A stretch of DNA of 63,898 nucleotides, filler included, from Psammoneis japonica (Eukaryota), in assembly GCA_008632985.1 (NCBI GenBank). It is 3 parts of 3 records of this genome, joined end to end, with 100 filler letters (N's around TTAATTAATTAA, not from the genome) between each part and the next. Parts side by side here need not be neighbours in the genome. Positions count along the whole stretch, not along the records: positions 1 to 25,087 come from QPGO01000427.1; 2 more parts are not named here. One strand, written 5' to 3'. Below, piece by piece: positions 1 to 13,559 of the stretch (positions are counted from its first letter, which is position 1; each line of letters begins with the position of its first letter). The position numbers were made by a program, and so were the translations under genes. The notes below the pieces were generated by a model. The model searched no databases, was not told the origin of the DNA, and saw only the letters and a list, made by a program, of their open reading frames with translations.

Positions 1-1050
1 CACACCATTTCCCACCAGACGTACTCGTATTCGGTTTGGTACCCCAAATGTCACACATTTTGATTGAAGCGTAGCGAGTGGAATCGGTTTTGCCATTGCT
101 TGGCGTGCACAGATTTTGGACAAGCGGTATGCTTTTCGGCTCCTACGGTATTTTTGCTGGGACAGAAAATTAAACCTTTCAAGAGTAACACCTGGTGAAC
201 CGAACTTTATTCGTTGCCGTTTTGTTTGTTTCGTATGCTGGCAGGGCTCTAGAGTAGAGCCCTTCGGTCTTCGGTCGACTTTTCAAAGTTCGTGGCACGT
301 ACGATCTCGTGTTGAATAGAAGTAGGGCCTAGCTAGTTGCTTCTCTGGCCTTGTGCTCTCGTCTCCACACATCTCGACAAAAGCGCTGTAGAGTCATTAC
401 GTAGAAATTGTGTAGGACAGTACCAAGACAAGTCTGTCTGTCTGTCCTTAGTGAATTTTAACTTTGCGAAAAATGGATTTGACTGTTTTCTGATCAGGTG
501 TATTTTTCTTCAACACATTTGCAAAAATACACCTGACCCGATAACAGTCAAGTCTATTTTTGCACAAATTGTGTAAACATAACAGTTTCAGTACAAAAAC
601 GTGTAGATTCTACAGGCGTCCCTAATTATTTTATGCTTTCTACGTCACGGGTCATTTTCAAAAGATTCCTATTGAGTCACGATTAGTCTACCGGCGGTAG
701 AGGCCATAGGAGAGGCTAAAAAAATCGCACATGACATGGACAGCAATGTCCAATGAGTGAGTAGAAAAACGCGATCAATAAGTGCATCATATGCATTTAT
801 TAGTGTTTTTATGTAGCACATTACATGTCCCATGACTCGAGCGCATTCATGGTTTTGTCTTGAAAAGCGAATGATTTAGCTCGTCGTGGAATTCCACGCA
901 GTCTAGTACTGCCAGGCTCCCGCAGCTATCCGCCACGCGGTTGTTTTCGCCAATCGTTCAATCTCACTTCTTGCGCTTTTCTCACAATTCCTGCATCGCG
1001 ACCCCGCAACAGCAACTATCTGCTAAGTGTTTGCATTTGCCTTTTCCACC

Positions 1051-2272
1051 ATGAACAACAGTGAGTTCTCCCGTCAGCAGTTGGAGGCCATGTACGACGA
1101 CATGGCTGACAGGGCATTCCAAGAACACAAGAAACATTTGGACGCCTTGGCAGCCTCGCACAAAGAGGTGCAAGACGCCCACGACATGTGTGAATGGGCA
1201 AAAACTGTGTCCAGTGGGCCTAAAGAGCTTCAACAAAAAGCGCTCGCGCTTCTTGAAGAGAGGTTGCAGGGCGCTTGGGCGGACTACGTCACGAAGCACG
1301 AGGCGTACTTGAATTTCCTCAAGAGTCCCAAGTTCACCGATGAAGCAATCCGTCCGTGTGAGCTCGCTCTCGAAGTAAGTGGCATTTGTTAATGCATCTT
1401 GCTCTGTTGCTGCAAAGAATCTTTCACTCATTATGCTCGCCGTCTTGCATTCGTTTTTTGTGACCGAGCAGAAGCTTCGCCGGGACTGTGGTCTACCGGA
1501 GCCCCCTGTCGAGCCCCCAATCGAGCCGGCTCCAGCACGAGTTGCCAACGACACTTCTAAAAAACGAAAAGTCCCACCCCAGTCCACCGCTCCAAGCGCC
1601 CTTGGTCGCACCACTCGTTCTAAAACTCGTAACTCGACGCCGTTTGCGGATGTGGAGAAGTTGAAAGCTACGACCATTCAAGAATTTGTTGTCGATCACG
1701 GGAAAACGGAGGAGATCAAAACTAAAAAGTACTTGGAGGAGAAATTTGGCATCCTATCCGTAGAGTCGTACGGTCGTGAAAGTAAGAAGGTGTTGCACCA
1801 AGTTGACGTCAAAACGGCTAAGTTCTACCGAGTTAATCTTGCCTCAGACGAGAAGCCCTCAACGGTGCTCGTACGAAATCTCAAGGACGGCAATCCTGCC
1901 GTTTTGAAACTCGACAGCGGCATCTTTAATATCGTGAAACTGTATCAGATGCATCAATCCATCCAACTCAAGAGGCAAAGCCGCAATGCCCCTACCTGTG
2001 AATTTCGTTCAACTTTTGAAAAGCACTTCTATACAAAGAAGCCCCAAGAATTCCTTGAAGAGTCCGGTTTGTTGTACCATCTCAAAGAATTAAAAGTTCT
2101 CAAAGCGACGGAGGAGGAGGAAAAAAAATTGGAAGGGTATGGAAAAATTGGCGAATCGGGGGAGATTGTTGACCTTTATGGTATCTGGTTCAAAAAACCG
2201 TTTCTTATCCCGAAGGAGGATCCCGAAGGAGGAGGGGAGTTAGGTGTGACGACCAATCCAGGAGACAACTGA
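1051..2272 (+). CDS. Two-exon gene, hypothetical protein (~374 aa); exons 1051-1374 and 1472-2272
   Basis: ATG at 1051. GTAAGT donor at 1375 and CAG acceptor ending at 1471 (97-bp intron) join ORF 1027..1392 to ORF 1379..2272 in frame. Normal TpA content. No domain recognised. Confidence 0.7.
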
Positions 2273-3243
2273 GCGATTCTGTGCACCACTGTCTTTGATA
2301 GAAAGACCAGAGTTGTAAGTGTCATTGATGAAATGGATTGTCAACACTCGCGGCCATCGTAGTACTCATTGTATAACGTTAGTAGTTTATACATATTATT
2401 TCATGACACACATGCTGATAAGCCGCACTGAATTAATGTCATGTACAATGCGTAGGGCGCACCCTCGACGACCGGCATTGCATTGTCTGTTGTTGGTTTG
2501 CATTGAACGCCGTCCCCGGAAAAGTACCAAGACGTTGCAGGTTTGCGAGACTATTCTGCTCCGTCATCTAGCATATTGCCGCCATTATTCATTGGAGTGT
2601 TTTCTGCATTTGACTTTGCCGCACAGGTTGTCATTTGTTTCGCTGGGAACTAAAGCGAAAGAAGGGATATGCCTCTAAGTCTGATCGACGAGAAGGAGAG
2701 TTCAGAGAGTGCACGTTTGAACTCGTGTGCTGTCTAAAGAGGCGAAAGACTTCCACCATCACGTCGAAGGCAAATATTCATATTGTTAGAGTAATGACAA
2801 TCACAATTGTTTTAGAAGAGCTCCATCTCGTCGGTCGAAACAATTCTTCGTACCCGTCGCTGTCGTACAGTAGACGAAGCTAACTATTGTAGGTGTGTTT
2901 TTTCAAGAACGGAAACAATGGTACCTTAGAGGATGTGCTTTAAGAAGCCTTTTGTCTCGAATGTCGAAGGCTACAGGTTTGCTCTTGTTGACAGAGGGTG
3001 ATTTGAGTTGCAGGTAGGCAACGTTAGAATTTGGTGTGCCCTCTTGAAACGTGGTGACACTTTTACGGAGTAGCGTCAATTCATAAATGTGAAGAGGTAC
3101 CCACCAATAAGCGGTTGTTATTGTTCATGGAAAGTTGCTCTTCGTAGGAATGAAACATTGTAGAACCGAGAGATAGCAAGATCATGAGTGCGAACGAAAA
3201 GACTCTTGGACGCTCATAACTTGCACAGCATACGGTAGAATCG

Positions 3244-5753
3244 TTACGTACCGAGGTTCGTCATATTTCTAACCTCTCTGGGAGCGTAGCCTACCATGAA
3301 ACAACGAAGAGGTCCAAAATTAATATTAACTTGTTTGACCTCGGTACACCGCTCTCCTCCCCATTCACATTCATGAATCGCATGCACAGAACGTTTTGAC
3401 GCTGGAGAAAAAATGAACGGCTTGGCTGCAATGCTTCCATATCTGAAATTGGTAATTGTTTGAAAATGAGACCAATTTGGCGCTTGCGTCTGCTGATGGT
3501 GTAAACGTGCGAGGGATGATTCCCGCAGAGAGCTCGGCAAGCGTTCGCTCAATATTCTCACATACCAAATCGGATCCTTCTTCAACTCTTCGACAGGATT
3601 CTCTTCGGCAATCTCATCTTCTTTTTCGGTGCGATTCACTTAGTTCAGCTCCGCAAGACTGCGCACACCAAGTATTCCGTGCCAATCGTGTGCATCAGTA
3701 CCGGTAAGCTCTTTCAACTTTCAATCTTCTGGCCGTTCTTCCGCGTTACGAGCGCGCTCATCGGGCTCATTTCGAACCAAGCGACGTTTCAGCTCCATCA
3801 TGTTCATGCCATGACCAAAACTGAGCTGATCCAATCCATTGTTCCACTGAACATGCTCACTGTACCACTTGCACCGAACCTCTCTGCCTTCATCCACCCT
3901 CAAGTCGTGCACAATCCATCGCGAACGAATCCAATTCTGAAGTTCATAGTGATAAATGTTCTCAAAGGGTGAACGCATATCCATTCGATTGACAAAGGTA
4001 GGGACTCGCTTGTAGAATTCTCGTTGTTTTCGCAACTCAATTGGTTCCGCAGCCATTGGATCACCACCAATCTCAAAAGTCATGTACTTGGTGGCATCAT
4101 GCACGGTCATCTATCTTCGTTCTCTTCAGTGGAGACGCAAACAAGACGGCTCGTCGTTCTGGTTCTTCCTCCAGCACATACTTGTGCTTCTTGCCATCGT
4201 CTTCGTTGCGATAGACAGATCGTCGTTTGAAACGCGGACGAAACGTCTCATCGGCAAGAAACAGCACATCCTGAAGTTGGGTGTCACGGGAAAGTCTTCC
4301 GACACGTACATGGCATGCGTGACACTCTTGGCGAAAAAAACTTTGCCGGTGTCATTCTCAACAAGTACTCATCCGCCTGCGAGAGTGGTTTCAATCCGTC
4401 GTCGACCCACAAGAGAATCCAACCCTTGTACAGCAACCGACCATAAAGGCCTTCCAATCGTCGTTGTTCCCAATCGGGACGATCCTTGTCTACCTTGACA
4501 CCAAACTTCTCAAGCTGTTCGGATGGAACCTTTTTCGTCGCAAAGTTACAAACAATCCGCTTCCCATCCTCCATGTATTACGATTCCAGATTCAAATCCT
4601 GCACATCATAGCCTAGCGACTGCGTGCACATGATGATATCACATCCCTTGGTTACTTCCTTGGATAGCTCCAGCATGTCAGTTAACACGGACGGAGCATA
4701 ATGCGTCTTGGTGGCGCACTCGGCAACACAGGGCAAGGGTAGTGATCCCAAATGACAATACACATCATCCACGGCACACGTGGGTACCGAGTGTCGTTCC
4801 AAAAAGGCATCGCCCGTTTCATAGGCCGACTCTGGTTTGGGTGCCAGCGTGGCTTGCTTGTACGATTTGGGTTGGGGTAGCGGTGCACCGTAGGGATTCT
4901 TTTGTCCAAGTGCCATGCCAAGAGTTTTTGAATGCCCAGCGACAGTGGCGTCGTGGGGAACCACTACTAGAGATAGTCGGCCGTCTTTGGATAGTCGAGT
5001 CCCGAACGCACCGTGGTCGAAAGCCCCACTTGTCGGGATCCCAAGGGTTTCAAGTTTTCCATAATTTCTGCCGCCCGACTAAGAGACGAGACAGAAGCGG
5101 GCCTGATATCAAAGACGGCTGGTGAAGAGCTCTCGGGACGGTACTGCATGGCTGCAATAATGGCGTCCACTACGTCTGAAACAAACAATAATAAGGAGAG
5201 CTTGGAACTGAGCAACAATCACACACAGCATATCCATCTTCACACAGTTTTACTACAACATACCATCCACAAGCAAAGAGTCTCGTTCGGTATTCGTCAC
5301 ATTGGCCTTGTCCAACAAGTCCCTAGACGTCGACGCCACGTTCAAATGCCAAGCTCGCACGCACCACCGCTTGTGACAAATCGTGTTCGGGCGTATCGAG
5401 TCTACCGTGTGGCCCATAAATGGCTCGTGGCAAACGCAACCAATCCTGCTTTCCAGAAGAAGATGATACATCCAACGATGATGCATACGTCACAGCGGTC
5501 GATTGTGAAAATTTCCCTCACCCGCAACAGAACTCAGCACGTTCCATGGCCATCATACTGGAACGAGCATAATACATGGGTGGGTACTTTCGTCCTTGAC
5601 ATGGGGAGAATTGAAATTGATGCGTCCCTCTTTATGGACCTTAACGTCTTGATACATTTCCGGCGTATACGATGCCAAATTAGACACGCTCGTGTTCACA
5701 CGCTCGTGTTGCATATGAATCGGATTGAGGGGATCATACCTACGCAGCTGCAC
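3244..5753 (-). pseudogene. Fragmented coding region of unknown function (stops/frameshifts, or unresolved introns)
   Basis: Chain of abutting protein-like minus-strand ORFs (5553-5753, 5253-5486, 4578-4964, 4284-4574, 3721-4110, 3244-3639) separated by single stops or frameshifts. Confidence 0.4.
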
Positions 5754-6759
5754 ACTGTGTAAGAATGCTGTTTGGTGATTGCTGATACATCAATTGCTTT
5801 CGAAACGGCTGCCACTCACTCATTTGCTTATTCTACCATTCACAGTATTGTATCGTTCCACTAGCTAGGTTAGTCGGAACAATACATTCAGACGTTTGTG
5901 GTCTGATGCCGCGATGAATTCACGACTGCAGCGTCTCAGTTTTTCGCCTCGGGCGGCATCTGCTGCTGTTCTGTCACACAACAAAGGTATGAAACATGGC
6001 CACAAGGCTCAAGCACAACTCTCATTAGCCTGTACTGTACTGGCCAGAACCTTCTATTTCACAGTATTGGCAAGGCCAAGGATTTATAAGTCTGTCAGGA
6101 TGTACAAGCTGCGTAGAACGCGTGTTGCCATGCGTGGTCAACAGCCTCTAAGTAATCTTGACGGTGCGAACTCCGCCGTTAAAGTATATAAATTTAATTT
6201 CATTTTATATATGTATTTGTAAAGCAAGAGACCGGACACGCGACGGACGACTCCTCATTTTTTCAAGGGATCGCGCATCATTCTCAATTCATCAAAGCAC
6301 CACACACCATGATAATCGGAGCGCCGCTTATTAGACTATTGACGATCCTTTCAACAGTACCAACGCTATCTACTAGTCTTTACCTTCATATATAAACAGC
6401 TTATGTTGCTTTTTCGAAGGTAAGCGGCCAATTGTAAGGTGAAAAAAGGATGTTGTATTGACACCACGGTTCGAGACTCATTGTCGCTCTCTGTCGCAAT
6501 CGAATTAAATTGTGCTTTTGTTTCGGAATCTCACTCATTTTCTTTGACATGTTCGTCTTTATAACTCATATAGAGAAGCTGTTGAGCAACGTATCACCCC
6601 TACGGACGAACAATATCTCATAGTTTCGTGTCGATGTCGACACCATTTCTTTTCAACTCATGTTCTTCCTTATATCGGAACGGGGCTGTGGTGTGTCCTA
6701 CGCTCTCTTTTGGACTGAACCAAGCAAGCTACAGTTGATACTTTCACGAATTATGACAA

Positions 6760-7296
6760 TTACAATGTGCAATGGGATGGATATTGACGTCCATGACCTT
6801 GCCGAGTGCCGGTTAGCAGCACTCCCTCGTTCGGGGACCGAAAACTGGGGTAAATCTTGGTGGCGTGGAGACTCTGCGATTGGAATGCGAGCGAGCGGGC
6901 TGGAATCTCGTGCAGTTTACTTCTGAAGGATGTGTACAATAAGGTATGTTTACATTTAAAGCAGTATTGATGCATCATGCATTTACAGTACCGGCATGAC
7001 AAACAAACTAACAATGTCATTCTCCATCTCTATCTTTCCCATCTAGGTGGTGTCTTATTTTTGATTCTTGGCCAGTGATGAGGGGTAATGCATAAAATTT
7101 TAGTGCTTCTCTCGGGCTTCAAGTAATGGACAATGCTTTGGACGAGACGCTTGCATCGTGTGTTTTGCGTCACGCGTATCCTTGCCAGCGGGCGACCCCA
7201 AAGTGGATCATTAGCGTGAATCAGCGCTTGTCGAAACACATGACAATTTGGCGAACTACAGCAGCATACATCATCACTCATCGTTACAACAATCAA
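6760..7296 (-). pseudogene. Cys/His-rich, possibly THAP-like zinc-binding protein fragment
   Basis: CCCSSPNC...LCITPHHW spacing resembles the THAP C-x2-4-C-x35-50-C-x2-H pattern. Interrupted by a stop at ~7030. Confidence 0.3.
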
Positions 7297-7780
7297 TCAG
7301 TCATTGGGTTGATTGGCAATCGGCGGCAGATTTTAGAGCTATGACATTTGAAATTCCATTTCGTCTCTGTCTTCATCCACGCCACGCACGCACCATCACA
7401 TTTCGTGCCGTCTGTTATCCCCCCTCCATCACGTTTCGTGTGCCGTCTGTTTTCTCCCCTCCATCACGTTTCGTCTTCGAGGTATCTATGATATTTGTGC
7501 ATGGTTATTTATAAATGATAAGTTCGTCCCGTCAGAAGCCCTACGTAGACTGCCGTAAAACGCAGTACAAATTTTAACGGTGTTCGTACCACGCATGGCA
7601 ACAGGCTCGTGCGTAGATTTGTACCGGAGCTTGTACATCCTGACAGACTTATAAATCCTTGGGCAAGGCGGTGTCTATCGCTTCCGTCATGATGCAACGT
7701 GCAACATCCAACATACCGCTCGCCGTTATCGTCGCAGAACCATATGCGTAGATTCTACGCAGGAAATGTACTGAAAAACA

Positions 7781-7960
7781 CGATGCATTCGACGAACGAA
7801 AATATATTTATATATACGTACCTAAAATGTATATTGCGATGCATTCCACGAACGAAAATAAATGTGTATACTCGTACTCAATACGTACATTGCGATGCAT
7901 TCGACGACCGAAAATACGTGCTTATTACATACATTGCGATGCATTCGACGAACGAAAACC
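7781..7960. repeat. Four-copy direct repeat (TGCGATGCATTCGACGAACGAAAA) with AT-rich linkers
   Basis: Core copies start at 7781, 7837, 7893 and 7937 (periods 56, 56, 44). Confidence 0.85.
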
Positions 7961-8136
7961 CACACAGCTGTGGGTGGGGACGCCGTAAAAATCACGTAGA
8001 GACGAATTTTCTTGGATCGAAACGAGAGTTACCTTAGTCGATAGAGGGTGTTACGGCGGTCTTAAAATGGGGGGTAACTTTTTCATTTGCCTTGTATTCG
8101 TCGATAACGAGATCGATGAAGTGACCGCCATTTTCC

Positions 8137-8563
8137 CGTACTTTGCCGTGTAATCACGACTGAAAATATTTCGATTTTTCGAAAATCCTACCGTTACTTG
8201 TTTGTAGTTTTGGAATGTTAGTGCAGCTTTTATGATGCCAATACTGGCCAATGTCAAAAGTAGAGGCTCTTGCGTCTCTAATAATGTATCTACCAAGTCA
8301 CCTGACTCCGTAGTTGGAAAGAACGTGAAATAGTACTTTTGTTGCTTTTGCCGTACTTCACCGTGTAATCACGACTGAAAATCCTTGATGTCTCGTTTGT
8401 AGTTTTGGAATGATATTGCGGCTATTATGATACCAAAAGTGACCGATATCAAAAGTAGAATCAATCACGTCTCTAATAATGTATCTACCACTTCAGCTGT
8501 CTCTCCAGTTGCAGAGAACGATCAATAGTATCTTTCTCTCTTTCGCCGTACTTCACCGTGTAA
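8137..8563. repeat. Diverged tandem duplication, ~200-bp unit, about 2.1 copies
   Basis: CCGTACTT(T/C)(G/A)CCGTGTAA recurs at ~8137, ~8351 and ~8546; TCTCTAATAATGTATCTACCA occurs twice. Confidence 0.8.
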
Positions 8564-9239
8564 AAATCTGCCGAGCACAAATTACACGCCTATTTTGCGG
8601 ATACTAAGTCCCATTTACAAACATATTCGACTCTATACAGTCTTTCTCCTTTCTACAATACTGCCTAGAGTAATAGTCTGACTCTTCCCATTCATCCTCT
8701 TCAATTTCAAAGTCTGAATCCTCCTCCTGGTCTCTCCGCGACATCGGCTGTTGCGTTTTCCTTGCTTTTCGCCAAGAAAGCCACGGGCGACTGCATTGGC
8801 GTGTCAAATGAATGTAGCAGACTTTTTATTTGCCTCATGCTTCTCTTCAAGGTACGTCTGCACATAAACCTTTACAAACAAATGGAGGATTTGCTCTTCA
8901 TTCAAGTCTTCCACGTTTTGCTCCGAAAGATTGCTTTTTCCAATCCGAGCAGGCCACAGAGTGGTACGGTAGTTCCTACTACACTACTACTCTACAGTAC
9001 AGTAGAGATAGAGTACCAAATTCAAAAACCATTCTTCTCCTTCCTCCTTCTCTCGATCGCTGAGTAGAGTAGTACCTACTAGCGGAGACTAGTACTCTGT
9101 AGTCTACCGACCATACCGTACTAATTACACTAAGCAGAAGAATCTCCAATTTTGAATTTACCAGCTGCTTGTTCTGTATTTTTGTTGGTGGTACGAGTAG
9201 GCCCTAGTCTTACCGTAGCATTCTAATTTTAGGGCATTT

Positions 9240-10414
9240 CCAGATGGGCATACTAAATCTGTTCCAAAGCTTTTAAACATTGGGAAAACTTCTGTCACCC
9301 AGTTTGTCTATCCAGAAGGTAGCATCATCTCTTTCCGGTAGATAAACCGGATACCCCTCGTTGGCATTACTAGAGATATTGAGATCACCTGAGGTTAGAA
9401 ATAATATTGGTAGTCAATCAAGGCACACTGTCAAACATAAACTTCGCACAAGCCCATTCAAAGCTCTACACACCTGGAGAGCCCGATATCGGTACTATTT
9501 GCTGAAGTGAGCACATCAACTACAGTGCTCAATGTTTCCTTTGACCAGTAGTCGAGCTCCAGCAAGTCAGACAAGATATCACTAAGTTCCTTGGCCAATC
9601 TCGCGTCTTTATCATCTTGAAATCTGCATTTGAGTCGAGAGCGGTAATGCGGAGACGGTGGTGAGCTGAAAGGTGGCACACTTTTCAGATTAGTTGCATC
9701 GTCTCCTTACCACTATATTATCAGCATCAATAATATCTTCGATTTCCTCCAATGACGGTGACGGTTTGAGGTCACTGGGTATGCTCATTTCATTCCCAGC
9801 CCATCGCTCTGCTCTGTGGTGAATAGGTTCTTGAACACCAAGATAATGTCGGTGACAGTAGCCTTCGTCCGCATAAACTTCCTCCAGTTGATCGTCATTT
9901 TGTCCAGACGCATTAATACAGAACTGCCCGCCTGCTCTATGGTCCAGATTGGCTCTTCTGCAAAAGCATACGGAGAATTGAATTTATAATCCTCAGAAGA
10001 ATCGCATTCGTAGCGCTTCCTTTTTCCAACACTCCAACGCCAATCTTGAGAAAGGGCTCACCGTTCTTTGCTTCAATGTATCTAAGCACTCCATCGGAGA
10101 CGTCTGATACTCCATACCACCCACACTGAAAGTTACAAAAGGCGCCATTGTCTCCTACACCAAACTCGGACGCGACATGTGGGTGATCGTGGAAACTTCA
10201 AAAATACTCGATGAGATTGCTGTCAAAAGTTGTACTTCTGACCACCCCGCCTAATTCGATGACGGCGGACACTATGGTAACAAAAGTACAACTTTTTATA
10301 ATGATCCTGAGGGTACGAAAGCCATTTGGTGAGAAATTGTAGGTTGATTTGGTTGTCGCTTAGCGAAGGCTGTGGCGGGAGTTGGAAGCCTGGCCTTGCG
10401 CGTTGTGACCGCAC
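9240..10414 (-). pseudogene. Degraded unidentified protein-coding sequence
   Basis: Protein-like fragments in shifting frames (ORFs 10223-10414 and 9458-9679 plus intervening open stretches). Confidence 0.3.
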
Positions 10415-10869
10415 GTTGAGTCTTATCCCTGCTTATTTTTCACGAGCTCTAATTTGCACACGAACCACATGCTGGTTCCTGTGCATTTACGTACATTTTA
10501 TACCAGTCGCATCGTAGAGGGGTGTTGTTCGCCGGCCCTGACGAACTCTTTCTCAGACATAAAATACTTTTCACGACGTTCCGGCACATGACTGCCGGCT
10601 CGGTGGACACTGTTTCGAGTGCGTTTTCACGTAGAGCCTACTGCAGATGTAGGCATTCAGATTTAATTCGGTACAAGGTGGTTCGTGTGCACCCAAAAAT
10701 GCACACGGACCACCAGGTGGTTCGTGTGCATAAGCAGGGTTATGAATCGTGATGATGACACTTTTTTTTTGTCACGACGTCGACGACCGCCATGGTCCAT
10801 CTGGGCAAAGAGGTTGATTTTTCTAAAAAAAAATAGCACCTACGTGATTTCTACGGCGTCCCCACCCAT

Positions 10870-12410
10870 AACAGCGCGCGGCTTCAGACAACCAGCCCCT
10901 GACTTGCTTCACTTGCGGCTGGAACATGTCTTTGTTTTGTCTCACTTGCAGGTTCCAACAGTGGCGAGGCTGCCACACACATGGGCCACAGCATTCATTT
11001 CAGCCAGAAACTTTTTGAGCTCAACAAAATGTGTGCCGCACAGACAAGAACTTTTCCCTGCTTCCTTCAAATTTGTCCTCCTCCTCATCAAAGTCATCTT
11101 TGAAATGCTGCTCAAAATGGGTTGGAGGCAGCTGTTTCATCAAATGCAAGTCATCCGCCATGTGCATCTCCTTTTTGTTGGGCAAGAGGATGGTGTGACA
11201 GGGAAGCAGCTTGTCATCAAAATGCACCTTGAGAATCTTTCCTCATGGGAAGAGCTTTCCTGACTCATCTTTGAAAATTGCTGCTTTTGTTCTTGTTTGT
11301 GCCCCTGGAGTCAAGCAACTTGATCACAGCCTCCAGCCCTTCCTGAAACAGCCTCCATTGCAAGACTTGAGCATCTGTGGAGCAAAATGTGCCAGAAAGC
11401 CAGAGATGCAGCAAGCCTTGCGTCAAGTCCCTGAGCCAGTGCAGCGACAATTTTTCCAGACTTGCCTTTGAGAGCTGCAGTTTGTCCTTGCCCCTTGTCT
11501 GCAATTGGAGTTGAGCAATTTAATTGTCGCCTCCAGTCCCTTCCAGAAATGGCCTTTGTTGCAACACTTGAGTGTCCACAGAGCAAAGCGCCAGAAAACC
11601 ACCAGAGAGACGAGCTGACAGACCACAACACCAGCAACCTTCTTGTCAGTGGTGCAAAAACAACTTCTCCAATGTCAACACTGGCCAGTGAGGCCAAAGG
11701 GTCTTCCTTGGATCCAGTGCTGCATGCACTCCCTTTGACTGTGTTGAGCACTTTCTTTCAAAAAGGAGTTTGACAATTGCTTCCATGACAGGAGTTGTTT
11801 TTCCGCCACCACCTGTGCTGTGAACTCCATCAATGTGCTCAACTGCGGAAGAAGACAGTGGTTTTTTTCATTGTCCCAATGAGATTTTGCTGTGGATTGA
11901 TGCTTGCTCCCAAAATGATGTCAACCAAAGACAGAAGTGCGCAGCTGTGTTCTTGGTTGCAAGATGGGATGTGAAAAAAATGTGCAAAGCCCTCTGCACA
12001 TTGATGCCAGTTGCACAGCTGCAACAGAAGGCAGCAAACATTTGAGCAAACTGAAACAGGGAAAACCAGAAGAACTTGACATCCTCTTCTTCACAGCAGT
12101 CATGGCTGTCAACCAACACTGGCTCCTGCATCAAGGTGGGGCAACAATGCAAGAGTGCTGTTGGATGTTGTGGACATGATTGTCAAAGTGCAAAACGTGG
12201 ATGACAACATCACACAAGGAAGTTGTTCACTTGCCATTCTTGTCCAGCTCTTTGGAAACACCCAAGGAAAGAGGTCAAAAACATGGCAACGGAAAAAGTG
12301 AGCACACAGATTTTGGCACCCCCCAACAATTGTTGGTTGTTGCAGATTTGGGGGGTGGACCCATGCTTTCAAAAAGCAATTGAGTCTCAATGCAGCCACT
12401 TCATTGAGTG
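10870..12410 (-). pseudogene. TpA/CpG-depleted block with a ~195-bp internal duplication, possibly a degraded ankyrin-repeat gene
   Basis: Segments ~11310-11405 and ~11510-11600 are similar. Translations QEGLEAVIKLLDSRGTNKN and KGLEATIKLLNSN resemble the ankyrin G-x-LE-x-VKLL-xx-GA-x-xN pattern. Confidence 0.35.
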
Positions 12411-12737
12411 AATCAATTGTGAGCCCTTGTGCGAGCAAAGTGTGGGTCAGTGAAAACCGTGTTGAGACGCAGATTCGCAGATGGTTTGCGGAGATGACTC
12501 TTTCCGCTTTCCGCACCACACCCAAACTCAGACGGGACTGAAATACCCCCCCTAACAGCATTATCGAGTCCCAGCAACTGTGATCTTGGGGACGGACAGA
12601 CTCGACAGGCCTCCGCATTCTTCCAACTCGCTTCCAACTTGGAACTCGACATTTTTTCTTCCCTCGGCATGAGAGGCACGAGTTGATTGCTGCCATTTTC
12701 ATTGCTCATTGACTTTTGCAGCCCTTGTCACAACAAC

Positions 12738-13387
12738 ATGACAGATATTGAATCGGTTCCTCGTCGTCGTCGTCAAGGACGAACTGCAGCTGCACCAAGC
12801 AACGTCGACAATGATTCTCCGCCTACGCGCGACTTGCTTCCACCACGGCATCCGCTCAACGTTATGAAACGATGTGCCATTATCTTTGGGTGTTTGTATT
12901 TGTTGCATTTTCATTTTGAATTGCAAGACGTCGTATTAAATTCCTCTAGGATTCGACACGGTTGGTTAAAGCTGGGACTTGCGACTAGTGTTGGTAAGAA
13001 AAGAAATCAAACTTATGGATGATATATTCCTACTCTCCTCCTACTTACACGTCATCACTCTTTTTCCAACTCGTTCGTTAAACCAACAACGACAACACAG
13101 CCATTCTTGCCATCAAGAGCTATGTCGAAACCTTTGCTTCCAAGCAAAAAAAGGTTGTCTATGACAATTTCAAGTCGACAACCCACGCCGTCATTCTCCT
13201 GCTGTTCTTTTCTGGGATTTGCTTCACGTTGGCACTCTGTGACGAGTACGGCTTTTTCAAGTCTTGTGTGATTCTCAATCTCATTTTGTTTGGAATTATA
13301 CTCTAAGTGGCCTTATTTCTCCCTAATTCAATTCAGAACTTGATTGGAGCTATTGTGTTGACGTGGATGCTTCAAATGTACATCTAA
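12738..13387 (+). CDS. Small multi-pass membrane protein, TMEM128-like; exons 12738-12993 and 13101-13387; in-frame TAA at 13304-13306
   Basis: GTAAGA donor at 12994 and CAG acceptor at 13100. Exon 2 reads AILAIKSYVETF...THAVILLLFFSGICFTLAL...GIIL*VALFLPNSIQNLIGAIVLTWMLQMYI*, with several hydrophobic helices. Confidence 0.6.
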
Positions 13388-13559
13388 TGAGCAGAGTATG
13401 GAAATCGCGTAGAGGGGAGTGGGACACCATAAACTCTTGGTAAAGTACAGCAAGCAAATATCGTTATATGCTACCATTCTGTCTGTTTCTTTGGTCTCAT
13501 CTCGATCATGCACAATAAAGAAATCGAGCAATGACAATGAAGGGTCGTCGTACCGCTTC

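Noticed and set aside
7781..7960. CRISPR-like array
   Set aside because: Eukaryotic context, no cas genes, and linkers that are uneven in length and partly similar to each other.
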